Positions 49,777 to 60,228 of a stretch of DNA of 64,000 nucleotides are shown piece after piece. Under the pieces are notes generated by a model, which saw nothing but the letters and a program-made list of their open reading frames with translations, was not told where the DNA came from and ran no database searches. Position numbers and translations under genes: made by a program. This DNA comes from an uncultured Acidobacteriota bacterium. Lineage in GTDB: Bacteria > Acidobacteriota > Thermoanaerobaculia > UBA5066 > DATFVB01. Numbering within the stretch: position 1 is the stretch's first letter; each line of letters starts with the position of its first letter. The stretch spans positions 74,900 to 138,899 of the forward strand of contig CAVZCI010000020.1 in the NCBI GenBank assembly GCA_963773815.1. Direction: 5' to 3'.

Positions 49777-50724
49777 ACTGGCGCTCGAGCCCGTACTCCT
49801 TGACCTTGTTGTAAATCGTCTTCAGCGAAAGCTCGAGCATCTCGGCGGCCTTCTTCTTGTTTCCCTTCGCGAATTCGAGCGTGCGCTGGAGCACCCGGCG
49901 CTCCACGTCCGCCATCGAATCCCCGACGCGAACGGGAACGATCTCCTGGCCGAGCGCCGCCTCCGACGCGCCGTCCGGCCGCGCCGACGAGCCGCCGAGC
50001 ACCGACTGAATCGCGGTCAGGCCGATCCAGGACCCGGTCGTCAGGGAGTGCGCCCGCCGAACCACGTTTCGAAGCTCCCGGACATTTCCGGGCCATTCGT
50101 GCGCGAGCATGGCTTCGAGCGCGTTCGGATCGATCGCGCCGACGCCCGACCGTTCCTGCGACTCGATCTCGTCGAGGAAAAAAGCCGAAAGAGGCTGAAT
50201 GTCGTCTTTTCGCGCTCTCAACGGCGGGGAGCGCCAGCAAGCGGGAATTGTCTCGCAGCTCGTTGAGCAGCTTCGCGTCCCGGACGGCGGCCTCCGGGTC
50301 GCGGGTCGACGTGCAAACGAGGCGGATCCCCGATTTCTTCGCGAAGCGGAGCGCCTGTTCCTGGGATTCGAGCGGGAACCGATGGAGCCCTTCGAGGATC
50401 AGCGTCCCCCCGGAAATTCCTTCGAGATCGAGCGGTTCGTCCGCGTTGCGCGACGTCGCGGGAAGGCCCCGCCGCCGGGCGAGAACGTGCAGCGCGGAAG
50501 CTGCCGCTCTCTTCCCGACTCCGGTCTCTGCCGACGACGAGGACGGGAAAAACGTCGTCGGCCCAGTCGAGGAGGTTTTCGAAGAGGTCCTGCATCGCGG
50601 ACGATTTTCCGACGAGACCGGCGAGGGGCCCCCCGGCCCGCGCGAGCGCCTGCCGGAGCTCTCCGAGCTCCGCTTCGAGCGCTGCGAGCCGGCCCTCCGC
50701 CGGGGACTTCTCCACGTCGTCCAT
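49712..50724 (-). pseudogene. AAA+ (sigma-54-interaction-like) / Fis-type HTH regulator, atypical core; two frameshifts as sequenced
   Basis: ORF 50218..50724 gives LVGKSSAMQDLFENLLDWADDVFPVLVVG. Then ETGVGKRAAASALH...GGTLILEGLHRFPLESQEQAL...LLALPPL is in another frame. ORF 49712..50221 gives RARKDDIQPLSAFFLDEIE...EWPGNVRELRNVV...GNKKKAAEMLELSLKTIYNKVKEYGL. Breaks near 50527..50531 and 50221..50226. Confidence 0.7.
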
Positions 50725-50761
50725 TGTAGCGCGTTTCAGCGGGAGCGAGCCCCCGCGAGGG

Positions 50762-51623
50762 TCATTTTCCCGCCGGCGGGACGGCTTCTTCGGTGCTTAC
50801 CGAGAACTGTCGAATGTGGGAATAGTCGAAGCGGACCCGCGACTCGGGGTTGAACCCCATCTTCGTGACGCGGTCGCTGTCGACCTCGTAGACCGACGGA
50901 AGCGAGATCTGCCCCGGGGCCGAGGGATGCGAAAACTCCAGGCTCATCCGAATCCGGCGAAAGTCCGTGCGAAACTCCATGTCGAGCCGTGCGGGAGAGT
51001 GGCCGCCGGGAAAAATCGTGAGCGCGCCCGAAGGATAGTGACGGGGAGATTTCGGGTTGAAGAGATCCTCCGGGATTCCGAGGCCGCGCACCTGCTGGAA
51101 AAGATACTGGTTGCCGCTTCGCCGTCCAGTCGAAATTCTCGACGGGACCTTCGCCGAACGCGAGCAGCACGAGCGTGAGGTTGTGCCAGTAGCAGCCCGG
51201 AAGCGACTGCCCCACGGCGAGATCGACGATGCTGCGGCGCTCCGCCGCGGCCGACGGGTGTCGCAGCCGGAAGAAATCCTCGATCTTGCGGTCCACATCG
51301 GGCAGCTTCTGTCCGTCCACTGAGCGGACGAAGCGGAATTCCCAGAGCGCGGCCGGATTTTCCCCCAGGTGCGCGATCTGGTAATCGGAGACGAGAACCC
51401 GGCGACGCTGCACGGTCGCGTTTCCCGTCGTGTCGTTCAGGAGGGTCTGCGTGATCGTCTCGGTCGCGATGATGTCTTCGAGCTTGGAAAAGTAATCGGG
51501 AAGATTCCGGGCGAATGCCCGGATCTCGTCCGGCACGGGCGGCGGCGCGGCGGTATCGGCCGCGAGTGAGGTCGCCGCCGCGAGGGCGAGCAACGCGGAA
51601 ATCCACCGGGATCGGGAACGCAT
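50762..51623 (-). pseudogene. Hypothetical secreted protein; one frameshift as sequenced
   Basis: ATG 51623: MRSRSRWISALLALAAATSLAADT (signal)... in the ORF 50736..51803 frame up to ...NFDWTAKR. It continues as GNQYLFQQVRGLGIPEDLFNPKSPRHYPSG... in the ORF 50762..51298 frame. Indel near 51112..51118. Confidence 0.5.
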
Positions 51624-51654
51624 GACGAGATTGTACGCCCCCGGGGCTCTCATT

Positions 51655-53121
51655 TCATTCGCCTCCCCGCGAGCCGGGCCACCCCAGCTTCGGCCAGAGC
51701 AAGTCGATCTTCCTTCGGGTCTCGGGGTCCATGACGATCTCGTCCGGCCATCGCCGCGCGAACCCCTCGCCCGGGAGCTTCCGCGTCGCGTCGATCCCGA
51801 CATGGGAGCCGTAGCACGGTTGCCGGGACGCGTGGTCGAGCTCGTCGATCGGGCCCATCGCGAATTCGAAGTCGCGCTGCGGATCGATGTGGTTCAGGAC
51901 TTTCCACGCGACTTCGGCGACGTTGCGAACGTCGGTATCCGCGTCGACGACGACGATCACTTTCGTGAACATCATCTGCCCCGTTCCCCAGACCGCGTGC
52001 ATCACTTTCCGCGCGTGGCCCGGGTAGCGCTTGTCGATCGACACGATCATGAGATTGTGAAAGACGCCTTCCACGGGGAGGTACATGTCGACGATCTCGG
52101 GAATCGTTCTCTTCACGACGGGCAGGAAGAGCCGCTCGACCGCTTCCCCCATGAAACCGTCCTCCATCGGCGGCTTCCCCACGATCGTCGTGAGATAGAC
52201 CGGGTTCTTCCGGCGAGTGACGGCCGTCACGTGGAAGACCGGAAAGTCGTCGTCGAGCGAGTAGAAGCCGGTATGGTCCCCGAACGGCCCTTCGCGGCGG
52301 CGCTCCCCCGGATCGACGTAGCCCTCGAGGACGAATTCCGCCTCCGCGGGAACGAGCAGATCGACGGTCTTTGCCTGCACGAGAGGCACGCCCTCCTCCC
52401 GCAGGAACCCGGCGAGGAGAAATTCGGAGATCCCGGGAGGAAGAGGGGCGATCCCCGAGAAGACCGTCGCCGGATCGGCTCCGATCGCGGCCGCGACTTC
52501 CATCCGCCGGCCGTCGCGTTCGTAGCCCCGGGCCTGGCCCGCGCCGTCTTTGTGTTTCTGCCAGTGCATGCCGGTCGAATTGCGGTCGTAGATCTGCATC
52601 CGGTACATGCCGACGTTCGTGCGGCCGGAGGCCGGATCCCGGGTGATCACGAGCGGCATCGTGATGAACCGGCCGCCGTCCTGGGGCCAGCACTGGAGCG
52701 CCGGAAGGCGCGCCAGGTCGACCGCGTCCCCCTCCTCCACGACTTCCTGGCACGGCGCGTTTCGAACGGTTTTCGGAAAGATCGACGCCAGGTCCGCGAG
52801 CCTCGGGAGGGCCTTGATTTTTCCGAGCCACCCCTCCGGCGGAGCCGGATCCAGGAGCGCCTCGACCCGGGCGTCCCAACCCGCGAAGGATTCGATTCCG
52901 AGAGCGCGCCGCATCCTCTCCCGCGACGCGAACAGGTTGATCGCGACCGGAAAAGAGGAACCCTCCACGTTCTCGAAGAGCAGCGCCGGGCCCGCCCGCC
53001 TTCACCATTCGATCGGCGATCTCCGGGATCTCGAGAATCGGAGACACGCGCTCGCGGACCGTGAGCAGGTCACCGCTCTTCCGGAGATCCCCAGAAACTC
53101 GGAAAGGTTTCGAAAGCTCAT
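51655..53121 (-). pseudogene. ubiD: UbiD-family (prenylated-FMN) decarboxylase; two compensating frameshifts near the N-terminus as sequenced
   Basis: ORF 51655..52968 holds residues ~52 to the end (...GRFITMPLVITRDPASGRTNVGMYRMQ...GPFGDHTGFYS...). The N-terminus MSFRNLSEFLG / DLRKSGDLLTVRERVSPILEIPEIADRMVKAGGP / ALLFENVEGSSFP hops frames near 53083..53092 and 52985..52990. ATG at 53121. Confidence 0.85.
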
Positions 53122-54140
53122 CGGACGGCCTCGATCGGGACCCCAACGATCACTTCCCCGACCGGCGTCCCGCGGGCGTTTCGAAGACAGGGCCGCGCGT
53201 ATTCGCCGAGAGCGGCGGGCGCTCCGCCGCCGAATTTCCCGACGAGGTCCATCGCGACGGCGGAGCGTGCCCTCCCGCCGCCGTCGTCGATTTTGAAAGC
53301 GATCCCGACGGCGGGAGCCTCCACCCCGATCGCGTAAACGCCTTCGGCGCCTTCCTTGCCGATCCACCGGCCGGCCCCCGCTTCGAGGAAGCGGGTCGTG
53401 AATTGCCCGGTGCCCGAAATGAAGAACGGGCGACCCGTCATCGCGGCGACCGCCGCGCGGCGGGCCGAGAAGGCTTCCGCGGACTCCGAGGGAAGCCGGT
53501 CCGGCGCGAGCAGGCGCGCGTATGCCGTCGCGAGACGCGAGATCGGCAGTCGAAAAACGGGCAGCGAGCAACCGTCGATCCCGATTTCGATCTCGTCCTC
53601 CGGAAACATCGCGTAGAAGGCGATGCGTGCCCGGATCCTCCGCTGAAGCGGATGGTCGGGCGCGTCGTAGGTCTTCGGGTCGAAACCGAACATCCGGCAC
53701 GCGAGGAGCATCGCCGCGTGTTTGCCCGAACAGTTGTTGTGGAGCTGCGTGAACGCCTGGCCCGCCCGGACGAGCGCGGCGGCCGAGGAGTCGGAAGAGG
53801 GGGCATGCACACCGCACCGCAGGTCGGTTTCCGTGAATTGTCCCTTTTCCAGCATCGATCGCGCGGTCTCCACGTGGAGCGGCTCGCCGGCGTGCGACGC
53901 GCAGGCGAGCGCGATTTCGTCCTGCGACAGGGCGAAGGCCGCCGCCCCGCCCCCTTCGAGAAACGGCATCGCCTGAAACGGCTTCGCCGCGGAGCGCCAG
54001 AAGACCGGGGTCTCGGGATCTCCGAACCCCGCGAGAACGTTTCCTTCGCGATCCGCGACGGCTCCGAAACCCCGATGGATCGATTCGATTCGCCCCGCCC
54101 GGGTCACGGTCGCGACGACCGGGTTCGCGGCCTCAGGCAC
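53118..54140 (-). CDS. Asparaginase (asparaginase_II family)
   Basis: ORF 53118..54140 (GTG), 340 aa, with ...IESIHRG...WRSAAKPFQA...CASHAGE...HNNCSGKHAAML... Confidence 0.8.
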   Translation of the reverse strand: MPEAANPVVATVTRAGRIESIHRGFGAVADREGNVLAGFGDPETPVFWRSAAKPFQAMPFLEGGGAAAFALSQDEIALACASHAGEPLHVETARSMLEKGQFTETDLRCGVHAPSSDSSAAALVRAGQAFTQLHNNCSGKHAAMLLACRMFGFDPKTYDAPDHPLQRRIRARIAFYAMFPEDEIEIGIDGCSLPVFRLPISRLATAYARLLAPDRLPSESAEAFSARRAAVAAMTGRPFFISGTGQFTTRFLEAGAGRWIGKEGAEGVYAIGVEAPAVGIAFKIDDGGGRARSAVAMDLVGKFGGGAPAALGEYARPCLRNARGTPVGEVIVGVPIEAVR

Positions 54141-54999
54141 CGGTGTCCCCGAGGAGACGGATCTCCCGCTGGGGGAACGGGATCGGAACTCCGGCGGCGT
54201 CGAGGGCGCCCTTGACTCGCTCCAGGTACTCGGCGCGAAGGACGCGGCGCGCGGAAGGATCGCGGGCCCACAGGTGAAGCTCCAGGTTGACGGAGGATTC
54301 CGCGAGCTCCGACACGACGACCGCCGGCGCCGGACGCTCGAGCAGTCGATCGTCTCCCCGCGTCGTCTGGAGGAGCGCGAACCGCGCCTTCCTCAGGTCC
54401 GAGGAATAGGCCACGCCGACGGGAATGCGAACCCGCATTTTCGGCGTCCGGCTGTAGTTCGTGATCCTCTTGTTGACGACGTCGCTGTTCGGAAGGATCA
54501 CGTCGTTGCCGTCGAGCGTCTCGAGCTTCGTCGAGCGCAGCTCGATGTGGCGCACGAACCCGGGAGTGTCGCCGATCTCGACGTCGTCGCCCAGCTCGAA
54601 CGGACGGTCCCAGAGGATGATCAACCCCGAGATGAAGTTCGCCATCGTGTCCCTGGCCGCGAGACCGACCGCGAGGCCCGCAACGCCCAGTCCGGCCAGC
54701 ATCGACACGACGTCGAAGCCGAGCTGCGACACGGCCATGAGGATTCCGAGCCCGAGAACCGCGTACTTGACGACCTTGAAAAGGATGTCGGCCGCGAGGA
54801 GGTTCGTCCGGGCCTTCAGCGAACGATTCAGAATTCCGCGCGCCGCGCGGTGCAGCATCCAGAAGACGAACAGGACCAGGACGGCGGCGACGAGTCTCGG
54901 CAGAAAGTCGGCGAGCTTGACGGCGAACGCCCGGATGAAAGCGTCGACCTTGTCGTCCCACCGCGAGACGGGCGCGAGAATTCCCCGGTCAACCTTCAA
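54133..54999 (-). CDS. Mechanosensitive ion channel, MscS family
   Basis: ORF 54133..54999 with three TM helices followed by ...ANFISGLIILWDRPFELGDDVEIGD..GFVRHIELRSTKL...DGNDVILPNS. Confidence 0.88.
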   Translation of the reverse strand: MKVDRGILAPVSRWDDKVDAFIRAFAVKLADFLPRLVAAVLVLFVFWMLHRAARGILNRSLKARTNLLAADILFKVVKYAVLGLGILMAVSQLGFDVVSMLAGLGVAGLAVGLAARDTMANFISGLIILWDRPFELGDDVEIGDTPGFVRHIELRSTKLETLDGNDVILPNSDVVNKRITNYSRTPKMRVRIPVGVAYSSDLRKARFALLQTTRGDDRLLERPAPAVVVSELAESSVNLELHLWARDPSARRVLRAEYLERVKGALDAAGVPIPFPQREIRLLGDTGA

Positions 55000-55096
55000 G
55001 GGACGCGATTATACGGGAGCAATATCTTTCGCGCCTGGAAAGAAATAAACTGAAATCCGGGATTGTTGAAGAAATCGAGATGAGGAGAGGTGTGAT

Positions 55097-55594
55097 GTGG
55101 GAAGGAAACTGAGGGCCGTTCTCGGCGCGCTCGCGCTGTCCTTTGCGGCCGGCGCCTTCGCCGCGGAAACCTTCCCGGATCTGGACCTCCAGGGCAAGGA
55201 CGGCGAAGGGATCCGGCTGTCCCAGCTGCGCGGCAACGTCGTCTTCCTGAATTTCTGGGCCACCTGGTGCGGGCCGTGCCGCATGGAGCTTCCGCTGCTG
55301 CAGGATCTTTACAACAGATACAGCGACCGCAATTTCACCGTTCTCGCGATCGACGTGGACTCCGACCGAAGCCGGGTGGACCCCTTCCTCAAGAAGAACA
55401 ACCTCTCCCTTCCCGTTTACTTCGCAAGCCCCCTCGACGCGTCGACGATGACAGCGAACGGAATTCCGACGAGCATCATCCTCAAGCCGTCGGGCGAAGT
55501 GGAGAAGGCGTTCATCGGCTTCGATCCGCAGATCGAAAAACAGTGGATCGAGCACATCGAGAAATATCTGAAGAAAAAGAGGACGGGAAAATGA
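55097..55594 (+). CDS. TlpA/ResA-like periplasmic thiol:disulfide oxidoreductase
   Basis: ORF 55097..55594 (GTG) with a signal peptide and the thioredoxin motif FWATWCGPC. Confidence 0.88.
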   Translation: MGRKLRAVLGALALSFAAGAFAAETFPDLDLQGKDGEGIRLSQLRGNVVFLNFWATWCGPCRMELPLLQDLYNRYSDRNFTVLAIDVDSDRSRVDPFLKKNNLSLPVYFASPLDASTMTANGIPTSIILKPSGEVEKAFIGFDPQIEKQWIEHIEKYLKKKRTGK

Positions 55595-56238
55595 GAACGA
55601 AACTCCTGACGCTCGCCCTCCTCGCCCTCGCGCCGATTCTCGCGGCGCGCCGCGCGGAGGCGCAAATCCGGACGAACACCGTGGAGATCAACCCCTTCTT
55701 CGGCCGCCTCTTCGGCGGCGAATTCGCGAGGGGCTCGAACTCCCTCTTCGACGAAAAGGTCGACGTCGACGACGCGAACACCTGGGGACTGCGCGTCGGA
55801 TACAACGCAACGGAAATGTTCGAGTTCGAGATCCAGGGCTCCCGCACCGATACCCATTTCATTTCGCACGATTCCGGCGACGTGTTCGGGTCGGGCGGAC
55901 AGCGTCTCGGCGACCTGAGGGTCGACTACCTGCTCGGCTACGGAACCTTCAATTTCGGACATCGCCGCGTGTTGCCCTACGTCACGATCGGCGCCGGGGT
56001 CGGCAAGCTCCAGCCGTCCGGCACGGTCGCCGCGTCCCATGACAGCACGCGTTTCACGGGCAGCCTCGGCGCCGGGCTGAAATTCTTCGCGACTCCCCAC
56101 TTCGGCTTCCGGATCGACGGCCGGGGATACAGCACCTACCTCAACCGCGACGATACCTGCCGGCACGACGACCGCTGCGACGACCGCCACTACCTGACCA
56201 ACGGAGAGGTTTCCGGAGGCCTGATTCTTTCGTTCTGA
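55591..56238 (+). CDS. Outer-membrane beta-barrel protein (OmpA/OmpW-like barrel)
   Basis: Tail of ORF 55267..56238 from ATG 55591 (ATGA overlap). Signal MRTKLLTLALLALAPILAARRAEA, alternating beta-strand pattern, C-terminal ...GGLILSF. Confidence 0.8.
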   Translation: MRTKLLTLALLALAPILAARRAEAQIRTNTVEINPFFGRLFGGEFARGSNSLFDEKVDVDDANTWGLRVGYNATEMFEFEIQGSRTDTHFISHDSGDVFGSGGQRLGDLRVDYLLGYGTFNFGHRRVLPYVTIGAGVGKLQPSGTVAASHDSTRFTGSLGAGLKFFATPHFGFRIDGRGYSTYLNRDDTCRHDDRCDDRHYLTNGEVSGGLILSF

Positions 56239-56256
56239 TCCGGAGGAACGGATAGA

Positions 56257-57960
56257 ATGCCGGCGGAGAGCAATTTGAAAAACGCAAAAGTTTTCTTCGC
56301 GCTTCTCCTCGTGTCGGCCTCCGCCCGGGCCCAGAAGAAACCGGCGACGAGGCCGGCCGAGCTGGCGCCGCTGTCGGAGAACGTGACCGTCGCGGTCACG
56401 AACCTCGAAGTCGTCGTCACCGACTCGAAGGGGAACCGGGTGCCCGGCCTGAAAAAAGAGGACTTCCAGCTCTTCGAGGACCACGTGCCGCAGCCGCTCA
56501 CGAACTTCTACGCGGTCTCCGGCGGCCGGACGATCCTCTCCGACGGCAGCCAGGTGTCGCTCTCTCAGGAGCCCCAGCCGTCCGAGGAGATTCCCCCGAA
56601 TCTCAAAACGAAGTACATCCTCTACATCGACAACCTCAACATTCACCCCCTCCACCGGACCCGGATCTTCAAGACCCTCCTGTCCTTCGTGGACAAGGCG
56701 ATCGGCCCGAATTCGGAGGGGATGGTCGTGACGTTCAACCGCTCCCTCAAAGTGCGCCAGAAATTCACCTCCGACAAGGGCATCGTGACCGGAGCGCTCG
56801 AAGCGATCATGGGGAACGCCGGCGGAGGCACGACGCTCGTGTCGGATCGGATGGACGCGCTCCAGAAGATCCAGGACGCGAAGTCTCCGGGAGAGGCGAT
56901 CGAGATCGCGAAGATTTCGGCCCGTTCCATGGACGACGACCTGCGCTACACGATCGACGGCCTCAAGACCACGCTGAGCCTCCTCGCGGGGGTCGAGGGA
57001 CGAAAGGTCCTCATCTACATCTCCGACGGCCTGCCGCAGACCGTCGGGCAGGAGCTGTTCGACACGATCCAGACGAGGTTCCATACGTCCGCCGCCGCGA
57101 TGGAGAGCTTCACGTTCGACCGCACGGCTTCCTACGCCACGATCGCGCGCGAAGCGAACGCCCAGGGCGTGACGCTCTACATGATCGACGCCTCGGGACT
57201 GAAGATCGAGGAAGGCGTGAGCGCGGAATACGGGACGGCCCAGGCGCGGCCCTCGACGTTCGTGATGCAGCAGAACTACCAGTTCCCTCTCCAGATGCTC
57301 GCCCGCGAGACCGGCGGCATCGCGGCGGTCAACACGAACAACGCCGTGCACGAATTCGACGAGATCGAGCGCGACTTCTCCGACTTCTACTCTCTCGGGT
57401 ACCGCTCGACGCGCGGCGCGGTCGACCGCCCCCATTCGATCGAAGTGAAGGTCCTCAATCACCCCGGCCTCCACGCGCGCTACCGCTCGGGCTATATGGA
57501 GAAGACCGTCGAAACCCGCACGGCGGAATCCGTCACCGCCGCGCTCTATTACCCGCGAACCGACAATCCCCTGAAGTTCTCGGTCTCCGTCGGAGACCCG
57601 AAGCCGTACTCCAGCGAGAACTATCTCGTCCCGGTGCGAATGGCGATTCCACTGCAGAACGTGACGTTGATTCCCGAGGGGGACTCTTACCGCGGCCGCC
57701 TGTACGTTTACTTCGTCGTTCTCGATTCCCAGGGCCAGCAGTCGGACCTCCAGATCCGTCCGCTCGAAATCAAAGTCGACGGCAAGAGGTACGACTCGGC
57801 GCGAAAGAAAGACTACGGCTACGACGTGCAGCTGATCATGATCCCCGGCGCGCAAAAGCTCTCGGTCGCCGTCCGCGACGGCGTTTCGAACTCCGTGTCC
57901 TACTCCCAGAAGGGAGTGTTCGTCTCCGTTCTCCCCATCGAGAAGAAAAAGAGCTCGTGA
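56257..57960 (+). CDS. VWFA-related acidobacterial-type secreted protein (von Willebrand A-like)
   Basis: ORF 56257..57960, 567 aa. The signal peptide is followed by VAVTNLEVVVTDSKGNRVPGLKKEDFQLFEDHVPQPLTNFYAV, the N-terminal hallmark I associate with the TIGR03436-type family. VWA-like core ...ILYIDNLN...VLIYISDG... Confidence 0.7.
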   Translation: MPAESNLKNAKVFFALLLVSASARAQKKPATRPAELAPLSENVTVAVTNLEVVVTDSKGNRVPGLKKEDFQLFEDHVPQPLTNFYAVSGGRTILSDGSQVSLSQEPQPSEEIPPNLKTKYILYIDNLNIHPLHRTRIFKTLLSFVDKAIGPNSEGMVVTFNRSLKVRQKFTSDKGIVTGALEAIMGNAGGGTTLVSDRMDALQKIQDAKSPGEAIEIAKISARSMDDDLRYTIDGLKTTLSLLAGVEGRKVLIYISDGLPQTVGQELFDTIQTRFHTSAAAMESFTFDRTASYATIAREANAQGVTLYMIDASGLKIEEGVSAEYGTAQARPSTFVMQQNYQFPLQMLARETGGIAAVNTNNAVHEFDEIERDFSDFYSLGYRSTRGAVDRPHSIEVKVLNHPGLHARYRSGYMEKTVETRTAESVTAALYYPRTDNPLKFSVSVGDPKPYSSENYLVPVRMAIPLQNVTLIPEGDSYRGRLYVYFVVLDSQGQQSDLQIRPLEIKVDGKRYDSARKKDYGYDVQLIMIPGAQKLSVAVRDGVSNSVSYSQKGVFVSVLPIEKKKSS

Positions 57961-57973
57961 GCCGGATCCCGAG

Positions 57974-58681
57974 TTGAAAGCGACCGCTCTCGTTCTTTTC
58001 GGCAAGGTCCCGCTGCCGGGAAGAGTCAAGACGCGGCTCGCCAGCTCGATCGGCCCCGACAACGCGGCGCTCCTCTCGGAATCGTTTCTCCGCGACGCCT
58101 CCCGCGGCTGCGCGTTCCTCGCGGCGAGCCGCCCCGCGGGAGCGATCGCGCCCGTCCTGGCGGCGGAGCCGCCGCGACACCCGTTCTGGGACGGCGTCTT
58201 TCCCGCTCCCTGGCGCATCGAGCCGCAGGGCGAGGGAGATCTCGGGCGGCGTCTCGCGAGGGCGTTCGAACGCGAGTTCGACAGGTACGAGAGAGTCGCG
58301 GTTCTCGGTTCCGATCACCCGGCGCTGCCGCTGCCCGATCTCGGGCGTTTTCTCGATTCCCCGAACGCGATCTGGCCGACGCGGGACGGAGGGTACGCCG
58401 CCCTGATCCTGGAGAGAGGGACACGCGCGGCCGTGTTGTTCGAGAACATGGAGTGGTCGACGCCGTCCGTGCTCGCTCGGACGCTCGAGCGGGCGCGGCG
58501 GAATTCGATCGATCTCCAGATTTTTCCCGAAACGTACGACATCGACCGGGAAGCGGACCTCGAAACTCTCGCGCGGGACCTCGAGCGGCGCGACTCCGAA
58601 GACCCCGGTTTCCCGCGCGCGACCTGGGAAACGCTCGGCGCGCTCCGGCCGCGAGGAGCCGGGGCTCGCGAGACGAGATGA
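57974..58681 (+). CDS. DUF2064-family glycosyltransferase-like protein
   Basis: ORF 57974..58681 (TTG) with LVLFGKVPLPGRVKTRL...VLGSDHPALP...DGGYAALIL... typical of DUF2064. Confidence 0.7.
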   Translation: MKATALVLFGKVPLPGRVKTRLASSIGPDNAALLSESFLRDASRGCAFLAASRPAGAIAPVLAAEPPRHPFWDGVFPAPWRIEPQGEGDLGRRLARAFEREFDRYERVAVLGSDHPALPLPDLGRFLDSPNAIWPTRDGGYAALILERGTRAAVLFENMEWSTPSVLARTLERARRNSIDLQIFPETYDIDREADLETLARDLERRDSEDPGFPRATWETLGALRPRGAGARETR

Positions 58682-60212
58682 GAATCCTCACTTCGGCCGA
58701 GATGGCTGCCGTCGACCGGGCGGCCCGGAAAAAGGAGAAGATCCCTTCCCTGCTCCTCATGGAGCGCGCCGCCGAGGGGGTGGCCGACCTGGTGCGAGCC
58801 TGTTTTCCCGGGTCGAAGCGAATCGCCGTCGTGTGCGGCCCCGGCAACAACGGGGGCGACGGCCTCGCCGTCGCCCGCCTGCTCGCGGGGTCCGGCGCCT
58901 CCCCGAAAATCTTTCTCCTCGGCGCCCGGGGACGCCTTCGGGGCGACCCGGCCCGGAACCTCGCACGGGCCGAAGCGGCGGGGCTCGCCCCGGTGGACCT
59001 GACGTCGAAGCCGGGCTGGAACGATTTTCGCTCGGCGGTGTCTTCCATGGACGTGATCGTCGACGCGCTTTTCGGTACCGGCCTCTCCCGCCCCCTGGCC
59101 GGCGTCGCGCGGAGGACCGTCGAGGCGATCAACGCGTCCGCTCGGCCGGTCGTCGCGGTCGACGTCCCCTCGGGGCTTTCCGGGGACACCGGGATTCCCC
59201 CGGGACCTTCGGTCCGGGCCGAGTGGACGGCAGCGATCGCCGCGTTGAAACGCTGCCACGTGCTGTTCCCCGGGCGGGACCGCTGCGGCGAAATCGCGAT
59301 CGTCGACATCGGCATCCCGGACGAGCTGATCGAGACGAGGGCCCACCGCTTCGCGGTCGTTTCGGCGGACGCCATCGCCCCGCTTTTCGCGAAGCGAGCC
59401 GAGGACGCGCACAAGGGCGACTTCGGGCACGTCGCCGTCGTCGCGGGGAGCCGGGGAAAATCGGGAGCCGCCCTGCTGTGCGCCCTCGGGGCCCTGCGCG
59501 CAGGAGCGGGCCTCGTCACGATCGCGTGCCCAGAGTCGATCGAGCCTCGGTTCGCCTCCGCCCTGCCCGAGGCGATGACGCTCCCGCTCCCCGACGAATC
59601 GGGAGCCCTCTCGGAGCGCGCCGGGGCGCCGCTCCTCGCCTTCCTCGAGTCGTGCGACGCCGCGGCCGTCGGGCCGGGGCTCGGGACGGGGGCCGGAACG
59701 GCTCGACTCGTCTCCTCCCTCGTGACGCGCACCCGGATTCCGATTCTCTTCGACGCGGACGCGCTGAACGCTTTTCCCGGCCGGCCGGAGGTCTTTCGCC
59801 GCCGGAAGGCGGCAACGATCCTGACTCCCCATCCCGGCGAGGCCGCGCGCCTCCTTTCGAAATCGATCCCGGAAATCCAGCGATCGCGCCCGGAAAGCGC
59901 CGCCGAGCTCGCGCGCCGCGCCGGCTCGGTCGCCGTGCTGAAGGGCGCCGGCTCCCTCACGGCCGACCCGGCCGGGAGAGTTTGGTGGAACCCCACGGGA
60001 ACTCCCGCGCTCGCCGCCGGCGGATCAGGGGACGTCCTGTCGGGCATCGGGGCGTCGCTGCTCGCCCAGGGATTCGAAGCCGCCGACGCGGCCGTGGCCG
60101 CCGTCTTCGTGCACGGTCTCGCGGGCGAGCGGGCGGCGGCGGGAGCGGATCGGGAATCCTCGCATCCGAAGTCGCGTCGGCGGTTCCCGGTGTCGTGGAA
60201 TCCTTCGGATAG
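58678..60212 (+). pseudogene. nnr: Bifunctional NAD(P)H-hydrate repair enzyme Nnr (epimerase + ADP-dependent dehydratase); frameshift near the C-terminus as sequenced
   Basis: ATG 58678 (ATGA overlap) within ORF 58453..60672, with ...VVCGPGNNGGDGLAVAR...KGDFGHVAVVAGSRGKSGAALL...LTPHPGEAARL...GGSGDVLSG... After LAGERAAAG (~60141..60148) the native end GSGILASEVASAVPGVVESFG-stop (60210..60212) is in the ORF 58833..60212 frame. Confidence 0.85.
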
Positions 60213-60228
60213 ACTGCCGGAAGAATCG

